Assembly (NCBI GenBank): GCA_000708835.1 | Contig: DF237108.1 | Coordinates: forward strand, 62,001 to 126,000 | Direction: 5' to 3' | Length of the DNA stretch: 64,000 nt | Origin: Klebsormidium nitens | Taxonomy: Eukaryota; Plantae; Klebsormidiophyceae | In this document: positions 35,995 through 49,382 of the stretch, in pieces | How positions within the stretch are numbered: the stretch's first letter is position 1 | How the letters are laid out: each line of letters begins with the position of its first letter | Notes under the pieces: model-generated | The model's input: only the letters and a program-made list of their open reading frames with translations | Databases searched by the model: none | Told to the model about the DNA's origin: nothing | Position numbers and translations under genes: made by a program

Positions 35995-37759
35995 GGCAAG
36001 CGGAAGGACGGAAGAGGGCTTGCTTGGGCTTGCCTAATAACACAACTTTCGAACACTGCTCCCTCTGAACTGTAGGAAAAAACTCAAATGCCCTGAGCCT
36101 TCAGGCTCAGCAAATGACTGCAAGGGATATCTGTTTCTGTTTAAAAGTAAGAAGGAGGAGAATCTATGGAGAAAGAAGTCCGTGACTCGCCGTAGAAGTC
36201 TGGGTCACGATAGGTGCTGAGGAGCACATGATTTCCCGCATGATCATTCCTTTTTCCCTGCGCCGCAAGATGACTCAGCTTCGCTCCTGTTTGCCTCATC
36301 ATTCTCGCGAAATCTCTGAATCGAGCAGCAAAATCTATTCCCTTTCTCCTGCAGAAGGGCCTGAACATCTTCAAGGTAGACTGCAGGAAGACCTTTCATT
36401 CCTGCGTCAGTCCAAGTCAGCGCCCCCTTCAGTCCTCTGAACGCACTCGGAGACCCGACCAGACATCGGCCAAAAGTGAAGGGCTTTCTCGGTAAAGGTC
36501 AGTAGGGTCCTTCTTAGAACATGCTGCTTCTTTGCGGAAGACGGAGGGCTAATAGCAGGTGTTAGAACAAAATCGAGAGGCAATTGCTCGTTTGGCCCCC
36601 GCTTGGCGTTCCTCGAAAACATCGAAAATTGTCTCAGACACACTCCTAGCTATCGAGGCCAGAGCTAATTTGGTTTGGAAGCATGCGCTCTCCTCGCTTC
36701 ACCAGCGTCAATGAACTCGAATGTCATTTGATACGGTACGATAAGGTGAGCACACACGCAGAACTTAATGTTCTTGTTTACTTCAAGGCGAGCGTACTGT
36801 CAATCGTGAAACTCCGTATTTGACAGGCGCTAAGGGCAGCCGGAACTGATTGGATATACACGCACACCTGTGCCAGCGCACGTCCAAGCGAGAAGTAGAT
36901 TCAAATGAAGAAGCCGAAACGAGCGAGATGTGCGTCTCGGAAACATTCAAAGAGAAAGAGGTATCGATGGCGAAGCGCCGTTGCCGCGTGATTGGGGTCG
37001 GGCTACCGCATAGCTAACCGCACTATAATGGTGCTATTGAGCCAAGTAGGTTATCTGATAGCTCAGCTTTTGAGATCGGTGGTACCTGAAAAGTTTCAAT
37101 GACCGCCTTGCAACAGGTAGTCGAGCCCACTTCCATCCAAGTCATCATTTCAAGACCTCGGAAGTGTCATAGGGTCTCTTTTCTGTTTAGACCGTGTGGC
37201 TCGTGAAAGGTCCAGCCAGACCGTTACGAGATCAGGCGAGTCCCAAAAAGGCGTGATAATGCTGTTGTATGTTGCTCTAAAAACCAAAATCTATTCTGGT
37301 CTCGAGACCGCCCTAGGTCTGAAAGGTGGTCTTGAGGTGACGCTCACTAATACTCTGCAATCGACTAAATATGTTGCATGACTTTGGAGACTTCAGCTTG
37401 CGAATCAAACTCATGGACCTCGTCCAAATTTTTCTGGTTGCTTCGTAATGACTTTGGTACGTGCCCTTTCAGAGCTCATGTATGTCACGAAGATATGTCT
37501 TGTATCAAATTTGTGAGCAGCAATCATTGACATGCATTGTTCTTTGGCGCATAAATACTCAGGACACCTCTGTAAACGATGCCAAAAATTCGTAGGCAAG
37601 GAAAGAGGGACCAACACTGAGCCTAAACAGCCACAATGGTTTCAAACGGTCCACTAGATTATACTATCAACCATACTATCAACCAATTCGACCAGATAAG
37701 CAACAGTACATCCGTTGTAATAACACACACTGTCAACCTCTCAATATTTTCGCATACAT

Positions 37760-40700
37760 TTACGCAAATCTCCCTCTCTTTTCGCTAAGGCGGGGCAGCT
37801 CCGGCGCCTCCTTCTCCATGTCCAGATCTTGGCACGCAACGAACTCCGGTGAATGACCGTGACGTCCGAACGTCCCCCGTTGTTCAGCGGGCGACCCTGA
37901 GCCCTCTATTTCCATATGTCTTTCTCCGCGTTCCTCATCCCAGACACCTACAAAGCCCCTCCGGTCGCCACCTTCACTCAAAGTATTCACGCCGCTATCG
38001 CCAGGTGCGTATTCACATTCCTCAACGGAGCCGACCATCTGGCGACCACTTCCCTTCTTTCCAGCTCCTTGGTCGCCCTCCTTCCCGCGCCCCCTTCTAG
38101 GCGCTTCACCCGGGAGCTTCTCTCGCGCACTGTCGTGCTGCCCTCCTTCCAGGAGATGTTCCGTTTCCGCACCTCCGGGATATGCTGGCGCGTCTTCCGC
38201 TTCCGCTGGAACCTGCTCCAGGATGTCCCCCAGGAGTTCGTCGCCTCCGTACTCCCCAAGGAAGCCGTGCCCGGCATTCTCCTGTGCCGGTTCCGCTGCC
38301 TCCTGACCGGATTCCGCGAACTCCGACTCTCCTCCCCGTCCTTCGACCGGCCAGGCCTGCTTTGCTGCTAACCCCGAGGGCGCGTTGGTACTCGGAATCT
38401 CATTACCGGGCCCTTCAAGCTCAGAGATCCCAGGGAAGGGACCTCCCGGAAACTCGCTTGGGTCGCTTGGGCGGCGGTCCTTCCGCCTGGCCGCTCGGGT
38501 AATTGGTCGCCCAGCAGATACGTCGGGGGAATTTGTCCTACGGCGGGGGTGCGCGAGCTCGTCCGGTGACCCGAAAGAATCTGGAAGCCGCAAATAGGAT
38601 TCTGGGGTGACCAGCCAGAAGTGACGAGGATCTGGGAAGCAGGATGAGCCGACCTCCATTGCAAGCAAGGCTGAAAAACAGATTGGAAGATCCCAGCTTC
38701 GAAACTATGCCTCAGAAAGTAGGGTTAAGGTGGTCTTTAAGAACTTGGGGAAGTACAAGTCATCGCTTCAATGTAAGATTCTAGAAGGGTAATCTTAACG
38801 AACAAAGAGCGGTTTTATGCTGCTCAAAAGGCAATTCGCTTTTCTCCGTCCTTCTTCACCCTGATCCTGGCAACTACAGGGCCAAAGAGGGTCGCGATTT
38901 GCAGCAGTTTCACTGACCTTCTTCCTCTCCGCTCTCCTGAAAGTCCTCGTCCTCGCTCCGCATCCTTTGCCCCACGTCCAACAGCCTCAGCTGTTCTTCA
39001 GAATCAGGACCTTGGTCGGGGCCTGCGCCAGTCTGTTCGGCGGCCTCTTTCTCTTTCTGCTCCTTGTACATCTGCTCGATCATCGGCTTCCACACGCGCA
39101 CGCGCGCGTTGATGAACCAGTTGGCGATCTGGGCGCGCACAAGAAGCGCGTGATCAGAGGCAACAACATTCCGAGCAGAGATTCGCACTTAGACGCATGA
39201 GTGCCGGAGTCTTGGACCTTCAGGATCTCCATACGCGCTAATAGTCCACTTGCAGGAGAGTTGATTGAGCTTTACACGTACTTTTCAAAGAATTTCACGC
39301 AAATTGCATCAGCGAATCCCTTCGTTACTGCAAATAACGTCTCGGTAGAGAGAGCGGCAAACGACCGAGCCACCGATTTATCTCTTTCGTAGAGTGGGTG
39401 ACTCACAAGCGCATCTCTTGTCAAAGTGCTGAAGATAAACAGGACCGATACAGGCGGAGAGTGCCGCTAGAGCGTCTGACCTGTCCCCTCTGAAGATTCG
39501 TCGCTTCCGCGAGCGCCTCTTTTTCCTGGTCGCTGGGGTAGGGGTGCAAAAAGTGGTCGAACAGCCAGCCTCTCAAAATGGAGACGGCAGTGCGCGACAG
39601 GCCGCGCGCTCCGCTGCCCACGCGCGCGCCACCGCGCTCGAAGGCGCGTGCGCGCTCCTTGAGCTCGCGCACCGACATGTGGCGCGCCGGGCCGGCGAGG
39701 GCCATCTGAGAAAACACGTGAGGTCGACGGTTAGAGCCAATGTTTGAAGGCTAAGATCTGGAAGAAGAAACACCACTTCCGAATCCTCGATAAGTCTCTC
39801 GTTCTTGGCGCGAGCAGAATCGAGATTTTCGGCAACAGCATCCGTGCATTTTGAGGTTTCAAGGTTGAGAAGAGGGATTTAGAGGGAGCTTTGAATAGTC
39901 GTGGTCTAACTTCTGAACTGGCGAGAAAGGGATAAAAACTTGGATTAAGCGCGCGGAAAAGAATCAATCAACCAGCAGATGCCACAATATCCCACTATCG
40001 GTGAAACTCTGCTTGCTTACCAAGCACAGTATTTGGGGCTCCATAGATTGCTGAACAGTCCATTTACAAACCTTTTGCACCGAATAGGGAATCTTTCAAA
40101 ATAGACGCGAATGCTGTTCCTAAAAGACTCAACCTGTCCATGTATGACTTACAAACTTTGGAAACATCGGAGAGACAAAGAGCTTCCAAACGCTTCCTCT
40201 CACCTCTCTCCCTCCTTTTGCCGGTCCAGATGCGCCGATCGCGAGGGGTGGTCTCAGATCAAGCTTGTTCGGCCCGTTGCGCTCCGGTCTACGGCTCCTC
40301 GCCATGACGCCAAGCTGACGTCTGGCGCGCTCCAGGTCGGCACTGCAAATGATTACCTTCGGCCGTCACTCTACTACGTCAGCATCCGGGTCGACGAAAC
40401 ATAATATTTTCATCTTGTGCTGGAAGAGATTTTGGCAGACGGAAAATGGTGTTCACGACAGCGACAGTGGACCGGAAGATGTCTTCGTATGCGCCTAAAA
40501 GCTGACGCCCAAAGGTAGTCAAAGCTCATGCCCAAAATCTCCAAAAACGTGCCGTCGAAAGCAAAGAGGGAGATTAAAATAGCTATGTCGAACGTAAGAG
40601 GGGTTGCAAAATGAAGCTAAGGGATTAACACACATTTACAACCTTAGCAAGGGGGCTTTAATACTTTGAGGTACGTAGTATAAAACCACATGATGTCCTG

Positions 40701-43700
40701 TACGTGTCGAGCCTCCGGCAGAAGCGAGAAGCGCCCCCTTCAGTGGAGAGATCAACTCAGAGCGAAGTAACACACGTAACAAATCGAATAGTAGTCCGCT
40801 TTTGCACGATCCAAACCGCCGAAAATCTGGGGCACATTTGCTTACCTGAGTGACCTCTCGACCTCCTCAAAGCGCCCGGCGACTATCTCCCGGGGGCCTT
40901 TCATATAGGACTCGGCCACATGGGGCGCGACACCGAGCGACGCGGAGAACTGGGCACCCAGGACATCGTTCTCATGCAGGTACTCCATCTTCTTTGTCTG
41001 GACCTGCGGCATTCGCAGGAGTGTGTTAAGTCGAATGTTTTACCACTGGTGCGCTGCAAAAGGTGCGGGCTCGCAAGCGGCCTTGAATAGTCGGTCAGGC
41101 CATCAAGAATTCTGTGGATAAATTGACGAAAGATGAGATTCCCGTCTCTAACCTCCTTTTCTCTGACAGAAAAGACTGCTTCGGATTGAAGCGCAGCTAG
41201 GGTTTCATCAGGAGCGGAGCCCCAAGGCTCTGAAGTGCGTCAAACACACTCGACGAATACCACTGCTGGGTCAATTCAAGAACAACGAACGCGGGCTCTC
41301 ATGGGTAAGCGGGGGAGGGTTTCCCAGTATGCGCAAGAAGCATAAGTCCAAGTTTCACATTAAGAAGCAGAGAATCTGAAAGATGTTTGCCCTTTTATCC
41401 TCGGCCTGTGGCGTCGACCTTCTTTGTGCCCGCCAATCAAACGAGCTGACACAAACACCAGCCAAATCAATCTGACTCTCTGCACCCCTTTCATCCCCTT
41501 GAAGAAATGTACCGCAGAAGCCAGAATGAAATTACTCTTGGAACTGAGCAAAGAAACCTGCCGTGCAGACACATTACAGATCCGGTGCGCAATTTTACCT
41601 CTACCAGAAGAGCCTCCAGATCTTCCGCCTCTGATGCCAGCGTCTGGCGATCAGCCCCGCTCACTTCAAGCTCACTCTCAAGTTCGTTCCGCCTGATTAC
41701 TAGTTCCCTGTTCAAACCTGTCAATGACGAGAGTGGGGAACTTCAATGTGTGCAGCTTACATACTGAGAGGTCTTTTGTTAAGACTTGACAAGAACGAGA
41801 GCCCTTTCTTGAAGCTTGAGAACACAAGATCAAAGAGCTTCAATCTGCGCAACTTTTCAGAAGAACCCTCCCCCCATCAGCAAGCTACATAGAAATCGAC
41901 GCTCTGACTGCTTTTCGACCAGCTTAAGGACGATTGAAATTGATTGGATCTTGATGCGCCAAACAACGAACCACCATTGGGTAAAACAGAATGAGTGCTG
42001 CCAGACAATTCTCCTTGTTCTGAGCCTCCTCATCCATGGGCTGAACCTGCCGTTTCTTCTCCTCTCACCCGCCCGTTCCGCTTCCGCTCTCTCCGGACTG
42101 ACGAGAGCCAGCTGATTGATCTCCTCCAGGATGTGCAGAAGCGCAGGCATGTACTTGCTTTTGCCCGCGACCCACTCAGTCCCAGCAGGCGCGTCAAAAG
42201 CTGGGAGCGGAGCGGGGACCGGAAGCCGGTCCGGGCCAGCGGAACGGGAGCGGGAGGGCAAGCCCAGCTGCTGAAGGAGTGGCGAGGGTTGCTTTTAGAG
42301 TACTCAGAAACGTTTTTGATATTTTTTGATCCGCTGAAAGATGCCATGAACAGATAAAGATACCCGTCTAACAGCAGTATATAATCATTGACTGTGGTCC
42401 AGATTTTACGATTATAGTAAGCCTGTAACATGTCATTTGCATCGCTATGCGACCAGATTCGTAGAGTCTCATCAAACAAGGGGAATCTGAGGAAGAAGAT
42501 GCAATTAGACGCTGATTCACAATCTCCGAGCACCTTGAAACCTTCTACGATGGTTGACAAGGCTTCCTTTTGACTTCCTCATCAGCCGCTCGGCGAAATC
42601 GGCCATGTTGTGCAAGCAGATCAGACTGATCGACGCAGCGCAGCACCGCTCTCACCAAAAACAATGAGTCTCTTGAGCACCCAAAACGTTATCTTACCTC
42701 TTCAACGTCAGTTCTGCTCTTAGAGAGTCGTGCGGACTTCCTCCTTGGCCTTTCCCTCTGAGGTACCCCAGTCTGTTCCGCTTCCTCTTCCGCTTCCGTG
42801 TGGCCCCTCTTCGACTTCCGTCGCCCGCCCAGGTCAATCACGGCGGACGCCTTTGGGCCCTCCCTTCCGCCACGTGTCGGCCTCTCGACCGCCTCTTCCT
42901 CCAACCAACGGCCCGGATCGGCTAACGCGTATCGCAAGTGCTCGGCATCCCGACCGACGGGGCTCGCGTACTCGGCGGCGCGCGCGACGCCCGTTAGGCC
43001 CAGGGGCGAGTGGGGCGGTGACGTCAGCAGGTTATGGAGGAATGCGTCACCGGTTGGTGAGGAGGCGCTCAAAGGCGACGGTTGACCTGGACTCCTCTGC
43101 TGGGGGCCCGCTCTTTCGGCGTCGGTGTCAGTGCGCCGCGGCGAAAACGAGGCCTTTCGTGGGGCCAGCTTGTTGGCTTTCCGCCCGGCGAAGCTCTCCG
43201 ATTCGGGCGCGAGTCCCGCTCGACGGTCGGTAAAGAACGCGCGTTCGGTGGACGGAGCGAGATCACCGGGGCCTATTCCGGCGTATGGAGAGCTGGGCGG
43301 GATGTAGAACTCCGCCAACCTGGTAAAGGCGCACCTTCGATAGTGGTTCCTTCATCAAACCTTTTGAAAGGTCCACTTCAGCAAGTCTAGTCAAGACATT
43401 CCCAGATTATTTCCTCGTGTATATCTGGTGAAATGAAAACAGCGAGAGCGAATGAAAGTAGCAGCGACGTGATACAGCTTTTCAAATGTTGTAATACGAA
43501 CCACACCCCGAGGGCAAGCCCAAACAAATCGGTAAAGGCATTTCGAGTGCACCGAGTTCTCGCACATTCTAGTTCGCTATCAAATGAGGCTCGAAGCGAA
43601 GAGAAAGTTAATCGATGGTAAACCGAAAACAGATTGTGCTTTGCTGCTCATCGGGATTCTTAATTTTCTGTCCGGCCCCCTCACCTTCTCTCTTGGTTCT

Positions 43701-45412
43701 GCAGCTCGAAGGCTCTCAGATCCAAACGGTGCCGCTCCAGGGCTTCCTGGTGCGCGAGCTGCTGACGCAACGCCGCTTTGTCGTGTGCCACGTGTCCATA
43801 CGCCGGCGGGCCGTACGGAAAGTTGAGGAGGCTCCTCAGCGCGAGCAGCGACGGCTCCGAGAACTGCGAGCTCGCCACCGCGCTGAGCGGATCGTGCGCC
43901 TGCAGCGCGCGCACCGCGGCGAGCTGCGCCCAGAAGTCGCTCGCGAAGTGCAGGGTTTGAGGGTTTAGCTCCTGGAGCTCCGCCGCGAGCCGCGCGGGCG
44001 CGTCGCTCGGCAGCCGCATCGCGAGGAGTCGGTAGTAGTCGAGGAGACTCGGGCTCTGCGCGCTCGGTGGATCAATATGCTGAAGCGGATTTGGGGGAGC
44101 GCGGTCGGTTGGAGAGTCTCGGGGCGTGTTTTCACCTCCAGGGGGCGTAACTGGGTATAGGGACGTAAGGCTGGAGACTCGAGGCGACTCTGTCGCCGGA
44201 AGGGGCTTTGCTTTCGCCGTCTTTCCGTCTCCGCCGCGCGCCGTGGTTTGCTTTCCTGGGAAGTCGGTTGAAGGGAACGGCGATAAGAGCGAGAGCCCGG
44301 TGCCTGGTCCAGGGTCGGTATGAACCGCACTCTCGTCCCTCTCTGCCCGGTCCTCTCTTAGATACTCGGCTGCGGCTTCAATCAGGAAGTCGGGGCCCAC
44401 ACGGGGTGACCGGGGGGAATGCCCCGGGGAGACTCGCAGCTGGTCCGTACCGGGTACTGGTTCCCAGGAACCGGTGTTTCCGGGGAAAGTTGGCGCAGAA
44501 ACGATGGAATGGTTGGCAGCTTCTTGACCGTTGGCGAGGCTCTGCAAGTCTCGAAGCGCTCCCACGAAGGGGTGTGCCATTGCGGCGGAGAGCGATGCCC
44601 CGGACGTGTTTGAATTGCGGTGCCACGAGAAGCCGTCGAAGTCGAGCAGTGGCGGCGTTCTGGTGCCGACAGGACGGCTGATTGGCGACGGTGGAAGGCC
44701 TGACAAATAGCAGGTAAATCTCTCAAAATTACAGGGTGGTCGCAGACCGGTAACATAAGGGCTGAAGTATGAGAAAACTTAGCTATTTTGAGTATTTTGT
44801 GTCTGTTCTGTTTCGGAATCTGTTTCGCGTCTCAAGGGCCTACTCCAGAGCTCTGATCAAATTGAAACTTTCCAAAGCTTAAAGCTTCGTCCGTCAGAAA
44901 CTGCTGCCAAAGGTGTAGAAAATCTCGAAAACAGGATCCGAATTGGATATTTGATTACTAGAACGAAAATAAACATCGGCAAAAAAAGGCATAAAAATGG
45001 GCATAAGAGTGAATTGAATCTGCAAACTAGAGTACGTAGCCTCTCGACGTCAAAATTCTCCCTCATGTTTTTCAGAAGGAACGCTACGAATCTGAGAAAA
45101 AGAAGAATCAAAGAGATGTCAAAGGGACCTAGGTGTATGAATCATCTTGTCTTAACCCCAGTTTCCAATCGTACCTTGCATACGTACGTCGCCGGCTTGA
45201 ACGAGAGGAGAAGGTTGAGCATCCGCCCTTCTATCCATCGCGTTGGCCGCAATACTCTGGACCACCGTGTTTCTGCGGAGTACGGATGGAGTGAGATCTG
45301 CTGGCGGGTCCGCAAGGCGTCTACTGCGGAGGAACTCGTCCAGTCTGGCGTTCCAAACGGCGTTGTCTGGCACAGCTTCCAGATCCAAACCCTGAAATCC
45401 CCCAGGCTGCAT
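37760..45412 (-). CDS. BELL: BEL1-like (BELL/BLH) TALE homeobox transcription factor, ~1279 aa. Exons: 45412-45175, 44699-43685, 43319-42698, 42270-42069, 41717-41599, 41003-40846, 40342-40204, 39705-39481, 39128-38918, 38670-37760.
   Basis: Homeodomain [42 protein letters not shown]|[21 protein letters not shown] (PYP loop, BELL-type WKPM). SKY-box-like [15 protein letters not shown] is followed by a helical POX-like region. Phases are consistent (3840 nt); the N-terminal start is less certain. Confidence 0.9.
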
Positions 45413-47475
45413 TGCTCGCCTCTCTGCCTGTGGACTTTTCTCTGAAGGTGACGGCTGGGCCGGACGCGGTATCTTATAATGCGAATGCAGCGGGCTCGCC
45501 AGACCTTAAGCTCCGAGAAGGGAGCCCTGCGGAGCCCCACCCCCTGATATGTTTATTGCCAACGTCGAAACTTGAGGAGTCACCCCAGAATACGCGGTGG
45601 AATGCGGACTTGGTCAGTAGCCTCAGCCCGGCGGAATCCTGAGCTTGGCTGAGGATTCGCTCGATCTCCGTTTTGAGCGCTTGTAGGAAGCGCCTCGTGA
45701 GGGCTGCCGTTTCCTCCCGCAGGAATCGTCATATTCCGCAGGCGTCCCCACGAAAGACTCAGAACCTTTCTCAAATTCGCAGGGTCTGGGGCCTGTAAAA
45801 AACGCATCCTTGACATATTCGAAGCACTTTCAATTGATCAGCCTTCTTTCTCTTTCCGATTCGCCTCATGATTAGAGCGGGCGTCAATCAAACGTTTGCT
45901 TTGACCTCACAATTGGTTAGTGCAGATTTCCGGGTTGATCAGTGCCTCATAGCTCTAAAAATGGATCCACAAGATCCTCTTATGACTGTTTCCACAAGAG
46001 GTTTGAGTCTTATGACTGACGTTCTGCGCTAAAAAGGAATGATTTATCGTACACCCTTCATACCCTTCGACACGTGGAGACTACAAAGCTCGGTCTTATT
46101 ACCCCAATCTTATGGAGTGCCTAAGAACAGAATGCGTGAGCATGTGCACGATTGAGCAATTCCAGGAAACCACTGATCTGCGATGAAGAGACCCATCCTG
46201 ATCTCTGCATCAAGCACTCGAGGCAATGATGGAAGCTAGATTCAGCCTGGTGACCACGCTAACATTCCGACCAGCAAATTGAACTTGTCAAGATGCTGTC
46301 TAAACACGCAACTGTGATTCTGACGTGGAACGCGACAGGATTGGTCAGTCCAACCCTTGCTCTATGTGATTAGATGACCTGCCAATACAGCCAAAGTGCC
46401 CTTTTCTCCGGTTTTCAAGTGCTCCACTGCCTTCTGAAGCTATCAATTTGCGATTATCTAGATCCCACTTCAAAGAATTATTGAGAGTTCCAAAGCGAAG
46501 GGCCCAATGTTGAAAAAGGATCTCCATGCCATAAACATACAGCTCATGCTTGCCCGCCTCAAAAAGTAAGGCCACGAATCTCTTTGATTGATCACAGGAG
46601 TGCTGGACGTTTGATTCATGCATAAGAAGAACCAAAGTGAAGCTGTGATCTTTGAGGTGAGAACCAATCACCAGGCAAAACTCACCTGACAGGTCCAGAA
46701 CGATCTTGCAAAGGTCGATGCAGATGGGACACGTGTTACTTTCTCTTTGTTTTCTGATTGAAAGACGCGAGTTCTCTTTTCTTTGTTTGAGCGGCGTGAC
46801 AAGCTAAGTTGATTGGTTATCTGGCCAAACCAAAGCAGAAGGATTCTGCAGGACAACAGATATCCCTAATATTAGGCAAGATCTCTTCATGAGCTCAGCG
46901 TTCTCTATCAAAGAGAACCCTCTCAATCGCAACTCTGACGTGACACCCGCCTTTCGCTAGTTGGAAGCTAGCAAGGATTCTGGATTCCCTTGCCATCGTT
47001 CAGGTTTTGTAAGATGTGACGAGAGAGCATGTCCCCATCTCTCATCGCTCTGCCTCCAGATCTCTGCTCAATCGCCAGGAAAGGATGCAGGGAGCCCTGG
47101 TCTCCTTCTTTCACGAACTGTGGCTGCGCTGAAAGGCTCTCCTGTTGCGTCAACAAGTAGCATGCTTGTCAACACTCAAGATATATAGAAGACCTTTTCC
47201 TGAAGGCCATGAATCAAGAGAAAGCTGTCACGTCAAGAAGGAAACTTCCTGACATCCTGTCCTGTCATTGATTGCTCCTGTCACCTCCCTGATTCACGGA
47301 TTCCTCTCGCATCGATCCTCCTTGTGTTGCATCAATGCTTAACCTAAGGAACACAGCGGTTAGAAGACGTCAGCGTAAATCTTTCCAAGCTGATCACAGC
47401 CTGGATGCGCGGTGACCGTCGTCGCATAAGGTTAAGCGTCTTCAACGGCATGCCAGCATGGAGAAAAATACGTTT

Positions 47476-47526
47476 CATGCTGTGACTAGTTTTGTCATGC
47501 TGTGACTAGTTTTGCCATGCTGTGAC
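47476..47526. repeat. 20-bp tandem repeat CATGCTGTGACTAGTTTTG(T/C), 2.5 copies, upstream of the BELL CDS
   Basis: Read directly. Confidence 0.9.
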
Positions 47527-49382
47527 AAGTGTGGTGATTGTGCGGACGTGTCCACACGTCAGATGACGTGACAAGGTCTGGTCATGGAAGGAGCTAAAAA
47601 GAGGTTGTTTTGACGGTTTGGCTCGCTTAAAAGGTGCGCTCCTAGTTGTGATATCTACACGATTCCTTTTCAGACGATTGGTTCTGTCTTTCTGTGAACA
47701 ACTGGCAGAAGCGCGCGATCAACTGAAAGGTCTTAAGATCCGAAAAGCTAGAGTAGACACGGGAGCTAGGAGTCTCAGAGTGATTGACTAGCCTTCATGC
47801 TCCTGTGAATCTTTGGCTTCAGTTTGCGAAGTACTCTATCCTCTTCCAACTGTCAGCGGAACAACCTTTGATTGATGTGACCAGACTTGCTAATTTCACC
47901 TCACGGACATCAGAACGTTTATCTAATTAGGCGTGCTTTATATTGAATCCTAAGTAGTAAGATCTTTATGGCACTGGCAGACTTCAGATTACGTACGCTT
48001 GATCTGTCATAAAAACTCTCTACCCGCCTCATCTACTGCGCCGTGTCTTTCAAGATCAGAGTTCGAATGGCCGTTTCAGAGCGAACTGAAACTTCCTATG
48101 ACAAAATGATTATTTTCACAGCGGTGAAACAGAGACTGGCCCCTTGCCCGAATGTCCAGGTTGAGATTAGAATCTACAAATGAAGTCAAAAGCCGCACGT
48201 GCTTTGACCGTGCCATGCGACTGTCCCAGTTCGTAGATAGCCACTGCGGCATCCGCTTGTCCATCCAATCTATAGTCTCATCGTAGCAAGCCAAGAGTCG
48301 CATGCCTCCTGTGAGTACCAGTGCAGATCGCTACGTCCATTAAGATGTGTGCGAAGGCCATCCGTTGATGATTGAACGGTGGACCCCGTCACCTCTGTAT
48401 GAACGGGGCAGTTCTCTCTGTGGCTGTTCAAGTTTATTGCTGAGGACGGATCTTGGATTGCTTCATTGTCCCGTCGACATAATTCAGCGACTCGCTCTGT
48501 TACAGATATGCTCTTCGTGTGTGAAGGCGCCGTGTGCTCCTAGCTGCCAGGCTAGCAATCAGAGACGCTCGAGGGCACCCGTCATGCAGTGCAGATGCGA
48601 GGTCCATGCTCGTTGCCGTACGAATAGCCATGCAGTATTATAAAGTAATGCGCGTTGGGTGCGATGATTATGGAAAGCTGAGGGCAGAAGAATTGCACTC
48701 AGGGCCTGGCAAGCGGTTGGTTGGACTTTCATTGCGAGTATATACAGTCTGACTCCGCGAATCCAGATCGTCCTATGATCCATCCAAGCATGTACTTGAC
48801 CGTATAGGTACCGCTGGAACGGCGCCACGCTGCGACGGCCCGCAGGCTGCCACATCATGCTGGCACGTCTGGTCAGGATCTTTCAATCAAGCATGATCAC
48901 CATAGCACCGCATCCATGACGATTGAGTTGGCCACATGCAGGCGGCCAAAGTCCATGCGACGTTCCCACGTCAAGCACATGTTAATTAAGCTAGCAGTAT
49001 CCCATGCACGATATCGAATGAATCGAAGTTGTCAAAGTAAGCACCAGCACTTCGGATTCACTTAGTTGCAATCAGGTCAATCGTGGACTCTGGCAACACG
49101 TCCAGGTCTAAGCGACTTGGGCCCGGAAGGACCTTCTGCTAGAGCAATTTTCGCGTCTGCCGTGTTGAAACACATATAAGATCAAGCCCCGCCCTATTTA
49201 CCTACGTACACGTTATGCTCGATCCGCAGAATCAGCAACTTGCTCACTTTGTCGGATAGCACTCGCTCTCGTCAATGGAAAAACTTGTTTGTAAATCATG
49301 GCGGCCGTTTGCTTATATCGTCCCCCTTTTCCTTGATTCATCTATGTACAAAATGGTTCAGGACATGCCTTCCTGCAAAAGC

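Noticed and set aside
45413-45792. Coding extension of BELL upstream of ATG 45412
   Set aside because: The frame continuous with the ATG has stops near 45620; treated as 5' leader with possible uORFs.
48076-48858. Two protein-looking short minus-strand ORFs downstream of VAMP7
   Set aside because: They do not join into a spliced frame I can support and I recognise no motif; probably UTR/intergenic. A tblastx search would settle it.
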